The position numbers were made by a program, and so were the translations under genes. Below are positions 8,706-16,962 of a stretch of 64,000 nucleotides of DNA, in pieces (the first letter of the stretch is position 1; the number at the start of each line of letters is the position of its first letter). This DNA is from Deltaproteobacteria bacterium (GTDB taxonomy: Bacteria > Desulfobacterota > Desulfobacteria > Desulfobacterales > G020354645): NCBI GenBank assembly GCA_020354645.1, contig CP070652.1, positions 190,330 through 254,329 of the forward strand. The letters are read 5' to 3'. The notes below the pieces were generated by a model, which was not told the DNA's origin, searched no databases, and worked only from the letters and a program-made list of their open reading frames with translations.

Positions 8706-11447
8706 ATGGCTAAAAAGTGGGTGTATCTTTTTAATGAAGTGGGTGCGGCTGAAGAATATGTTAGCGGCGATTGGGAAGCCGTTAGGGGGCTTCTCGGAGG
8801 TAAAGGGGCCAACCTGGCAGAGATGTCGCGATTGGAAGTACCTGTTCCTCCCGGGTTTACCGTAACGACTGAGGCATGTATTGCTTATCTTGACGAAGGT
8901 GAGAAATTTCCAGAAGGGATGTGGCAACAGGAACTGGATGCGCTTAAAACGGTAGAAACTGCAACCGGCAAAAAGTTCGGCGATGCCAAAAACCCGCTGC
9001 TGGTTTCATGTCGTTCCGGCGGCAAGTTCTCTATGCCCGGTATGATGGACACAGTCCTCAATATCGGATTGAACGACGAGACGGCCCAGGGCATGATTAA
9101 GCTAACCGGAGATGAGCGGTTCGTTTGGGACGCTTACCGCCGTCTGGTTCAAATGTTCGGTAGTGTCGTCATGGGAATGCCTGATGAAGTGTTCGAGGAA
9201 GTGATCACTGCAGCCCGCGAGAAAGCTGGCGTCACATCTGATGCTGAATTGTCAGCAGCGGATTGGAAAGCAGTGACCAACGAATTCAAACAAATTTATA
9301 AGCAACACACGCAACTGGATTTTCCCACCGATCCAGTTGCGCAACTGCGGCAGGCCACAGAGGCGGTTTTCAAAAGCTGGAACGGTAAGCGGGCAATCGA
9401 CTATCGCAATGCCGCCGGTATCTCTCATGACATGGGCACCGCGGTGAACATTCAGACGATGGTTTTCGGTAATATGGGTAGTGACAGTGCGACCGGTGTT
9501 GCTATGACCCGTAATGCTTCTACCGGAGAGAACAAGATTGAAGGTGACTATTTAATGAATGCCCAAGGTGAGGATGTTGTTGCCGGTATTCGTTTGACCG
9601 AAGATATTCAGAAACTAAAAAATGAACTGCCGGATGCGTATGCCGAATTCGAGCAGATCTGCCGGAAACTGGAAAAGCATTATCGTGAAATGCAGGACGT
9701 TGAGTTCACGATTGAAAAAAGCAAGCTTTGGATGCTGCAGACACGTGACGGAAAGCGAACCGCGCAGGCGGCTGTGCGCATCGCCGTGGATATGGCTGAG
9801 GACGGACTCATAAGCCGCGAGGAAGCTGTTTTGCGCGTAACTCCCGGGCAAATCGATTTCTTCCTGCATCCCCAGTTTGATCCTAAAGCCACCAAAGCCG
9901 CAAAAGATGGCGGGAACTTTCTCGCCAAGGGTCTCAATGTATCACCGGGTGCAGCGTGTGGTGTGGTAGCCTTTGATGCTGATTTGGCCGAAAAGTGGGC
10001 CAAGAAAGACGGCAAAAAAGTTATCATGGTGCGACCTGAGACCAAACCGGACGATGTCCACGGTATGTTGGCTGCCGAAGGGATCCTCACCAGCCGGGGG
10101 GGCCGAACCAGCCATGCTGCCCTGGTGGCCCGCCAGTTTGGCAAACCTGCTGTGGTGGGTGTGTCGCAGCTCAATATTGAAATCGACAAGCGGCAGATGA
10201 GTGTAAATAACATCACCATACAAGAGGGGGACTGGATCTCGATTGATGGTACTGCCGGTGAGGTGTTTAAAGGCCAGATTGCTACCCTGGTACCCGACAT
10301 CAAGGACCAGTGGTTGTTAAAGCTTCTCTCCTGGGCGGATGAATTCCGTCGTCTCGGTGTTTGGACCAATGCCGATTACCCGCGCGATGCGCAACGGGCA
10401 CGTGACTACGGGGCTGAAGGAATAGGACTTTGCCGCACCGAGCATATGTTTTTCGAGGCGAGTCGGCTGCCGCATGTGCAAAAGATGATCATGTCAGACT
10501 CGCCGGAGGAGCAGCGTGAGGCGCTTGACGCACTCCTGCCTTTTCAGCGCGAAGACTTTGCCGGACTTTTCAGGGTCATGGACGGCCTGCCGGTTATCAT
10601 TCGTCTGATTGATCCGCCGCTGCACGAGTTTTTACCCAATATCATCGACCTGACGCACGAAATTGCTGATTTAAAAATCCACCAGCACAAAGCCGCAACC
10701 CAATCGGAAACCGATGAATTGCTGCAGCAGGTCAAAGAAAAAGAAAGAATTCTCAAACGGGCAGAAAGCCTGCGCGAAGAAAATCCAATGCTTGGATTGC
10801 GCGGCGTCCGCCTGGGTATCCAATTGCCTGAATTGACCACCATGCAGGTGAGAGCGATATTTGAAGCAGCTTGTGAAGTAGCCCAGGAAGGCATCTCCGT
10901 GCATCCGGAGGTGATGATCCCGTTGACCTGTCACGTAAACGAGCTCAAGGTGCAGCGGGGTATCCTCGAGAGCGAGGCCAAAAAGGTCATGGAGGAAAAG
11001 AGCGTTGAAATCGAGTATAAATTCGGCACGATGATCGAGATTCCACGTGCTGCCCTGACTGCCGATCAAATCGCCGAATATGCCGCCTTTATATCTTTCG
11101 GAACCAATGATTTAACTCAAACGACTTTTGGAATCTCCCGGGACGATGCTGAAGCCGGTTTTCTGATTCAATACTTGGAGAAAGGAATTCTGCCGAACAA
11201 TCCATTTGCCACCATTGATCCGGACGGGGTGGGTGAATTAATGGCCATTGCGGTTAAAAAAGGCCGCGAAGTCAACCCTGATCTGGAATGCGGTATCTGC
11301 GGAGAACACGGTGGCGACCCGCAATCTGTTGTCTTGTGCCATAACCTCGGATTGACTTATGTCTCATGTTCACCCTATCGGTTGCCGATTGCTCGCTTGG
11401 CGGCAGCGCAGGCAGCCCTAAGCGGGAAGATTACACAAGATAAATAA
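8706..11447 (+). CDS. ppdK: Pyruvate, phosphate dikinase
   Basis: GGKGANLAEM ATP-grasp motif, phospho-His loop TSRGGRTSHAALVARQFGKPAV, GLCRTEHMFF and FFSFGTNDLTQ-like PEP-utilising motifs. Length 913 aa. GGGGGTG RBS. Confidence 0.97.
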   Translation: MAKKWVYLFNEVGAAEEYVSGDWEAVRGLLGGKGANLAEMSRLEVPVPPGFTVTTEACIAYLDEGEKFPEGMWQQELDALKTVETATGKKFGDAKNPLLVSCRSGGKFSMPGMMDTVLNIGLNDETAQGMIKLTGDERFVWDAYRRLVQMFGSVVMGMPDEVFEEVITAAREKAGVTSDAELSAADWKAVTNEFKQIYKQHTQLDFPTDPVAQLRQATEAVFKSWNGKRAIDYRNAAGISHDMGTAVNIQTMVFGNMGSDSATGVAMTRNASTGENKIEGDYLMNAQGEDVVAGIRLTEDIQKLKNELPDAYAEFEQICRKLEKHYREMQDVEFTIEKSKLWMLQTRDGKRTAQAAVRIAVDMAEDGLISREEAVLRVTPGQIDFFLHPQFDPKATKAAKDGGNFLAKGLNVSPGAACGVVAFDADLAEKWAKKDGKKVIMVRPETKPDDVHGMLAAEGILTSRGGRTSHAALVARQFGKPAVVGVSQLNIEIDKRQMSVNNITIQEGDWISIDGTAGEVFKGQIATLVPDIKDQWLLKLLSWADEFRRLGVWTNADYPRDAQRARDYGAEGIGLCRTEHMFFEASRLPHVQKMIMSDSPEEQREALDALLPFQREDFAGLFRVMDGLPVIIRLIDPPLHEFLPNIIDLTHEIADLKIHQHKAATQSETDELLQQVKEKERILKRAESLREENPMLGLRGVRLGIQLPELTTMQVRAIFEAACEVAQEGISVHPEVMIPLTCHVNELKVQRGILESEAKKVMEEKSVEIEYKFGTMIEIPRAALTADQIAEYAAFISFGTNDLTQTTFGISRDDAEAGFLIQYLEKGILPNNPFATIDPDGVGELMAIAVKKGREVNPDLECGICGEHGGDPQSVVLCHNLGLTYVSCSPYRLPIARLAAAQAALSGKITQDK

Positions 11448-11456
11448 TATACCACA

Positions 11457-11499
11457 CCCGCCGGATAACCCATACAATCACTGAGGTTTATCCGACGGG
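11457..11499 (+). terminator. Stem-loop after ppdK (possible terminator)
   Basis: CCCGCCGGATAACC pairs with GGTTTATCCGACGGG (one bulge, one mismatch), starting 10 nt after the ppdK stop. No clear U-tract follows. Confidence 0.3.
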
Positions 11500-11520
11500 T
11501 ATTTGAGGAGCAGATTAATT

Positions 11521-11774
11521 TATTCGCCTTCGCCTGAATACCCTGCAGCTTGCTGCAGGGATGATTGGCCTTTGCCCGAGGCTACGACCCAACTGAAGAG
11601 GGCAAGGTGAATCGCGCCGACCTGTCCCGCCGAAGTCTTGACGAAGGCGGAAGCTCTCCAGAGCGCAGGCGGGTTTATCGCGCCATAGCTTTGCGACGGC
11701 GGGTTATGCTACGGCGCAATTCCGCTTTGATACCCCGCAGCTTGCTGCGGGGAGCTTCATTAATTTTCGGAACC
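11521..11774. repeat. Family-B REP-like composite element (about 250 bp) with two CCCYGCAGCTTGCTGCRGGG palindromes
   Basis: The palindromes lie at 11541-11560 and 11733-11752. The element ends (TATTCGCCTTCGCCTGAATACCCTG and GGGAGCTTCATTAATTTTCGGAAC) recur in reverse orientation at 20951-21025. Confidence 0.7.
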
Positions 11775-11815
11775 GGGGCTAATCAGATTTTAGGCAATTT
11801 ATCCGCCGTTGGCGG

Positions 11816-12190
11816 CTATAGAATGTATGCTAAGAGAGCGCTTCCCAGAATAAACGTAAATAGCCCATACAGGCGAAGCGTTCCATCACCCGGCTTTTTG
11901 ATCCACCAATCAAAAAAATTTTTAACCTGCCGGGACGGCCCCAAAATAAGGTAAGCCCCCTTGAGCAATGCCAGTATCCCGAGTATAAGTGCAAGCCATA
12001 ACATCTCTGGGTAGTAAAAGACACTCGCCACCAAAATAAATCCGAAACCTAACGGTATAACTGCCACCCATTTATAGTTATCTCTATCAAGCATGCGGCT
12101 CCAACACGCCCGGGTCCCCTGGGTATATATTATCAACGCTGACCCTGCGGCGATCCATAAAATGGAAACAACAAATAATATTGGATTCAT
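11816..12190 (-). CDS. Small integral membrane protein (about 4 TM), function unknown
   Basis: 124 aa, strongly hydrophobic segments. No catalytic motif. Confidence 0.5.
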   Translation of the reverse strand: MNPILFVVSILWIAAGSALIIYTQGTRACWSRMLDRDNYKWVAVIPLGFGFILVASVFYYPEMLWLALILGILALLKGAYLILGPSRQVKNFFDWWIKKPGDGTLRLYGLFTFILGSALLAYIL

Positions 12191-12290
12191 TTAAGTTACC
12201 TCGCTTGCATCAAATTATCTGGAAGAGAATTTTTAAAAAACGCCTGCCCGTTCCCGATCCAATATAAAAAAACACCCTCATAGCAGTGCC

Positions 12291-13103
12291 CTAATCACTG
12301 CTGTGATAGTAAAGCATCGCTTTCGGAATTAAATTACGAATATTCTGAATTCGCCTTTCATCCGAAGGATGGGTGCTTAAAAATTCCGGGGGTGCCTGGT
12401 CGCCCTTCATTTTAGCCATACGTTTCCATAAATCCACGGCCGTATTGGGATGATAACCGGCCATTGCCATAAATATCAAGCCCAGGTGATCAGCTTCTGA
12501 TTCATGCAAACGACTATAGGGAAGCATAACACCATATTGCGCGCCGGCCCCATATACTTGCATCCAGAGTTCGCGAGTCTGTTGTGGCTTGTTTGCCAGA
12601 GCCGTCGACAGGGCCATGCCGCCAAATTGGACAATTAAGCCTTGCGACATGCGCTCATTGCCGTGATTAGCCACCACGTGGGCGATTTCATGGCCCATAA
12701 TGACAGCCAGGCCCTTTTCATCCTGAGCAACCGGCAAAATACCGGTATAAACCACAACTTTTCCGCCAGGCATTGCCCATGCATTTACGTCTTTGCTTTC
12801 AACCAGATTAAACTCCCATTCATAATATTTGAGTTCATGAGACAAGTTGTTTTCGGCCATATATTGCTCAACCGCCTTTTGAATTTTCCGGCCGACACGT
12901 CTGACCAATCCGGTCTGGTTAGTGTCTGCGTTTATTTTATGGGATTTCAGAAAAGCGTCGTATTGCTCCGTGCTCATCGAAAGCATTGAAGCATCTGGAA
13001 TCAGTTCCAGGTGTCTTCTGCCGGTAATTGGAACCGTGCTGCATGCCGTTAATAAAAAAAACAGCGATAAAAAAATCAAAATACTTATTTTTAAAAGTTT
13101 CAT
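12291..13103 (-). CDS. M48-family zinc metallopeptidase lipoprotein
   Basis: Lipobox LLTAC after a signal peptide, HEIAHVVANH (HExxH) motif and a downstream ESEADHLG segment typical of M48. Confidence 0.85.
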   Translation of the reverse strand: MKLLKISILIFLSLFFLLTACSTVPITGRRHLELIPDASMLSMSTEQYDAFLKSHKINADTNQTGLVRRVGRKIQKAVEQYMAENNLSHELKYYEWEFNLVESKDVNAWAMPGGKVVVYTGILPVAQDEKGLAVIMGHEIAHVVANHGNERMSQGLIVQFGGMALSTALANKPQQTRELWMQVYGAGAQYGVMLPYSRLHESEADHLGLIFMAMAGYHPNTAVDLWKRMAKMKGDQAPPEFLSTHPSDERRIQNIRNLIPKAMLYYHSSD

Positions 13104-13221
13104 AGGGAATTATCCTTTGTATTGAAAAATAAGTGAAACCCCAAAAAGTGTCAAGCGGTATGGTTACGAGGTGCCGAAACCACCCCAAAAAGCCATAAAC
13201 GAATGTGACGCTACCCGTCTG

Positions 13222-13545
13222 AGACAGCGGGGCTTCCCGGTACAGAAAATATCTGTTTCAGATTTAGTGATTTTAATAAGATGTTCCAATTGCCGCCACG
13301 GTTGTGCCGGACCTGGCAAGGGGGTAATTTTTTGCCGAGGATCATTGGCCCCCTGGAATCCGAAACGGGAACTCCCTTCTATTTTGCTGCCTGCCCACCC
13401 ACCATCCGATGTCCCACAAAATAACACCCCTCGTTCGGGCCGACGTAATTTGTAATATCTTATTGAAACACTGGTTTGACAATTATTGAAGCTTCTCTTC
13501 ATCTCCCCTTAAAAGGCGGCGCCTGCGGGGAAGCGAACCGGCCAA
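13222..13545. repeat. Family-A long-hairpin repeat, copy A1 (direct repeat with 14318-14651)
   Basis: Collinear with copy A2. Shared blocks are AAAATATCTGTTTCAGATTTAGTGATTTTAA, GGTAATTTTTTGCCGA, ACACCCCTCGTTCGGGCCG and AATATCTTATTGA. Confidence 0.75.
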
Positions 13546-13546
13546 A

Positions 13547-14098
13547 TTACCAATAATACGGATAATATCGGTAGTAGGGATGGCGCCAGTGGTAATACGG
13601 ATATGGATAATACCAGTAATAGTCGTACGGATATCGATAATATTTTTCATATTCCGGCCAGAGATGAATGCTGCGGCTGGTGATCATAAGATATGAATAA
13701 GAAGTTTTTTCGACCTTCTCCACCGTTGTGCCATTGACGATACCGGCAACCGTAATTTTGCGGTCCTTTTTGTAAACCTCGGGATCGAGAAATCCCTTAT
13801 GGGCAATGATAAATCTGCCCTGGCTGCGATCCTTGGATTTGGGTTCATCCCCTAACGAAAGCGGTGCCTGCAAAACGGTTAAGTTGGTTTTGTCATGCAA
13901 ATTTTCCACTTCCAGAATATAGCCACCCAAGATAACGGTTTTGCCGAGGTAATTGTCAACTTCTTCGATTAACTTATCAAACGGCACTCGGGGCTCTGCC
14001 TCTGATCGGATCGGTTTGGGGATTACCGCGCATGAGACGATCATCTGAATCAGGAAAATCATCACTAAAAAAAATATATGCTTTCGTCTACAAACCAT
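13547..14098 (-). CDS. slp: Slp-family outer-membrane lipoprotein with extreme Tyr/Pro-rich C-terminal tail
   Basis: Lipobox MIVSC. Slp-like core (GKTVILGGYILEV..., GRFIIAHKGFLDPEVY). C-terminus reads YEKYYRYPYDYYWYYPYPYYHWRHPYYRYYPYYW. Confidence 0.7.
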   Translation of the reverse strand: MVCRRKHIFFLVMIFLIQMIVSCAVIPKPIRSEAEPRVPFDKLIEEVDNYLGKTVILGGYILEVENLHDKTNLTVLQAPLSLGDEPKSKDRSQGRFIIAHKGFLDPEVYKKDRKITVAGIVNGTTVEKVEKTSYSYLMITSRSIHLWPEYEKYYRYPYDYYWYYPYPYYHWRHPYYRYYPYYW

Positions 14099-14317
14099 GC
14101 AGAAATGCTCTCAATTCAATTCGTTGATTTTAGATGTTTGCTAAATAAAAATATAAGGATGCGGGACAGCGAGATCAATCCGCTGTGTTGATCCAATACT
14201 GGGTGTACCATAATTTATGGTGATTTTTAAAGTACCATACGATTATTGATAAAAAAACTACATCCCTTCAGGCACAAAATCAATCGGAATATAATTTTGG
14301 AAGTGCAGCACCCCACC

Positions 14318-14651
14318 CTATAGGGCGGGACTTGCCGGTCCGAAAAATATCTGTTTCAGATTTAGTGATTTTAAAAAATATGTTCTGATTGCCGCCAAGG
14401 TTGTACCGGCGCCCGGGCGAGTGGTAATTTTTTGCCGACCAGGTGCCGGATCAGTGCCCCCTAAACTCCGAAACGGCGGGTACCCTTTGCCATTTAGCTC
14501 CGCTGTAATCATCATCTGGTCGGCCCAAAAAACACCCCTCGTTCGGGCCGGGCTAATTGCAATATCTTATTGAGACATTATTTTGGCAATTATTGAAACT
14601 TCCCTTGATTTCCCGCTAAAGGGCGGGGTTTGCAGGGAAGCAAAACGGTCA
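14318..14651. repeat. Family-A long-hairpin repeat, copy A2
   Basis: See copy A1. The two copies lie in the same orientation and flank the slp gene. Confidence 0.75.
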
Positions 14652-14740
14652 ACCGAGACGATGATTCACATCAGATGATGGGATTTTTACTTGTGTTTAA
14701 AATTTTGAATAGTTAGTGTTATCAGTCTTTAGAATTAATT

Positions 14741-15055
14741 TAGAGTGATTCTCAAAAATATGTTCTGATTCCCCCTGCGGTCATGCTGGTCCGGGCGAAG
14801 GGAAATTTTTTTGCCACAAGCTGTTCACTCCGGTGGTTTTAAATGGCCAAATGTCTGTGCTGCTCAGCCAAGCAAACCAATTTGTTCCATGGGTGTTGGG
14901 TAGGATGTTATAACCCGCTAGGCGCCAAGTGAAAGGAAGTCGCCGTCTCAAGCCCAAGGGGCAGGGATCTGGCATCTTGTGACAAAAAAATTACCCCTCA
15001 CCCGGACCACCTCATTCCATTGCTTATCGGAATATTATTTTGAGAATCACTATAG
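14741..15055. repeat. Family-A MITE-like element, copy A3, with clear terminal inverted repeats
   Basis: Left end TAGAGTGATTCTCAAAAATATGTTC, right end GGAATATTATTTTGAGAATCACTATA. Inner arms GGGAAATTTTTTTGCCACAAG and CTTGTGACAAAAAAATTACCCC are complementary. Confidence 0.75.
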
Positions 15056-15068
15056 AGGTAAAAATTCC

Positions 15069-15425
15069 ATGAATGTTCAAAGCGCCATTCTGGCATTTGC
15101 TCAAAGCGAAAAGATCAAATCAGGCCTGATATGGGTTTCTCAGGTCCTGGAACTGCTGACAGGATTGCCGGAAAAAGATAAAAAAGGTGCCGAAAGAATC
15201 GCCAGAAGTTTAATGAATTTGATATTATTTGAAGTCCGAATTGCGAGTAAGGCAGCCAAAGATTCCTCGTGGCAGGAAATTGAAAAGAATATTGATTTGG
15301 CAATTATTATGATCAATTCCGGTGTGCCCCAGGAATCCGTCTACCATCTGACCCGAGCTTTGAGCCACGTTACCAATATCGGTCAACGTTCCATGTCCTA
15401 TCTTAAAAATAGAGGGTATCTGTAA
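15069..15425 (+). CDS. Hypothetical protein (about 118 aa; the track ORF start at 14979 lies inside repeat A3)
   Basis: ORF in the track. An internal ATG at 15069 (MNVQSAILAF...) avoids the repeat. No motif recognised. Confidence 0.4.
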   Translation: MNVQSAILAFAQSEKIKSGLIWVSQVLELLTGLPEKDKKGAERIARSLMNLILFEVRIASKAAKDSSWQEIEKNIDLAIIMINSGVPQESVYHLTRALSHVTNIGQRSMSYLKNRGYL

Positions 15426-15472
15426 GGCAGCTATCTGAAAGAAATATCTTCCGTACCGGGAAATCCAGTTCT

Positions 15473-16024
15473 TCAGAGCGTTGAGCCGAGCTTCTGATGC
15501 TGGATGTTATCCATGTGAAAATGATACACCCCTCTCAGGCGATCTGAAAAATATCTTTCCAGAGTCTTCTCAATCACCCGAAACGCCAATTGGTCCCATG
15601 GTATCTCATCTTCTGATAAGAGCCTAACCTCCAAACTTTCACTTCCCGGCCTGTAATTTTGGTCGATTAGACGGGCACGGAACATAAGATAAATCTGATT
15701 GATAAAAGGAATGCTATAAAGGGCGTAAAGTTGAATTATTTGGACCTTTGCGCAGGCTTCTTCCAAGACTTCACGGATGGCGCCTTCTGAAACCGTTTCA
15801 CCGTTCTCCAGGTAGCCGGCAGGTAGGGTCCACTTCCCTTGACGAGGTCCAATCGCCCGCCGGCAGAGCAGAATTTTGGCGCCCCATTCCGCTATGCAAC
15901 CGACAACGAGTTTCGGGTTCTGATAGTGAATTGTTCCGCAAACCCTGCAATAAAATCGCGGCCGATCATCTCCCGGTGGGACACGGCGCTCGATGGTTGC
16001 ACCGCACTGACTGCAATAGTTCAT
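15473..16024 (-). CDS. Nudix hydrolase with N-terminal Zn-ribbon
   Basis: CSQCG...CRVCG Zn-ribbon, followed by the Nudix box GYLENGETVSEGAIREVLEEA. Confidence 0.85.
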   Translation of the reverse strand: MNYCSQCGATIERRVPPGDDRPRFYCRVCGTIHYQNPKLVVGCIAEWGAKILLCRRAIGPRQGKWTLPAGYLENGETVSEGAIREVLEEACAKVQIIQLYALYSIPFINQIYLMFRARLIDQNYRPGSESLEVRLLSEDEIPWDQLAFRVIEKTLERYFSDRLRGVYHFHMDNIQHQKLGSTL

Positions 16025-16079
16025 ATTAAAATCCTGCTGGCTGATTGAATTTGATTATTACCCGATACCACTCCAGCTA

Positions 16080-16931
16080 TTATTTGACGGGGGCGAAGAT
16101 TATATAGTCTGTTTCCTTGTCACTGACTGTATTCGGGTCAATGCGTCCGGGAATTTCCGGTAAAAGGACCGCATAGGTTAAATTTGAACGTTTTTTGATC
16201 TGTTGGGGAATGGCCGGCTTTCGCACATGACCGCTACCTGCCAGAATAACCATTACGGCATCCGGATCGGAATTTAAATACTCAAGCGCATTGATGGCCA
16301 TTACGGTATCCCATACCAATTGTGCTTCACAAAAGTAGGTAAAATTCAGATCTCCGTGGGCATGGGCGCCAAAAGCACTCCTGATATATTCCATATATTC
16401 TTTATCTACCCGGCATGTTATATTTGAAAGTGTTCCCTTTTGCTTTTCGTTCAGGGAACCGAAACCGTGGCTGGCGACTTGGCGGGTAAGTTTTCTGGGT
16501 ATGTTGAGACCCACCATTTTAATTCCGTGATCTCTGGCATATTTAAAAATCATGCTGTAAAACGGCCATGAATAATTCCAGTTATCGTAATATACCGCCT
16601 GAAAATCTTTCTCAGACAGTTCACCGGATATCCACCGATCGAGTCCATCCTGGCTGTCTTTTCGAAACATTTCAAGGCCTATCGCTAAGTGGACACTGCT
16701 TTCATGTAACATCTGGATAACCCGGAGTTGGGCCAGATGGTGATTTTTTTCAGTATGGTATTCACCCACCAAAATAATCCGTTTTTCTTCCAGATCGGCA
16801 AGTGCCTGTGACAGCGAAATTTCTCTGCCCTGTTTAACGTCGTAGATCCGAAATGATGAAGATTTTACAGTTACCGGCCATCCGACAGCAAATATTAATA
16901 TGGCGATTAAAAAAAGAAAATTTTTTTTCAT
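16080..16931 (-). CDS. ChaN/Tiki-superfamily (haem-binding uptake-like) periplasmic protein
   Basis: Signal peptide. ILVGEYHTEKNHH, AIGLEMF and ILAGSGHV blocks are characteristic of the ChaN/DUF399 family. Confidence 0.6.
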   Translation of the reverse strand: MKKNFLFLIAILIFAVGWPVTVKSSSFRIYDVKQGREISLSQALADLEEKRIILVGEYHTEKNHHLAQLRVIQMLHESSVHLAIGLEMFRKDSQDGLDRWISGELSEKDFQAVYYDNWNYSWPFYSMIFKYARDHGIKMVGLNIPRKLTRQVASHGFGSLNEKQKGTLSNITCRVDKEYMEYIRSAFGAHAHGDLNFTYFCEAQLVWDTVMAINALEYLNSDPDAVMVILAGSGHVRKPAIPQQIKKRSNLTYAVLLPEIPGRIDPNTVSDKETDYIIFAPVK

Positions 16932-16962
16932 AACTCGATGTCTTCCGTTTCCTGAACTCTTT

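Noticed and set aside
9680-10369. 229-aa minus-strand ORF inside ppdK
   Set aside because: It is antisense to an unambiguous, motif-rich ppdK frame. Its Ser/Arg/Pro-rich composition is typical of a shadow ORF.
11565-11954. 129-aa Arg-rich ORF downstream of ppdK
   Set aside because: Its first half is just the translation of the GC-rich family-B repeat, and its second half is antisense to the 11816-12190 membrane-protein gene. There is no RBS.
13164-13502. ORFs of 94-112 aa on both strands inside repeat A1 (similar ones at 14318-14515 and 26540-26925)
   Set aside because: They lie entirely within palindromic repeat copies. The copies differ by indels that break the frames between them, so no conserved protein is encoded.
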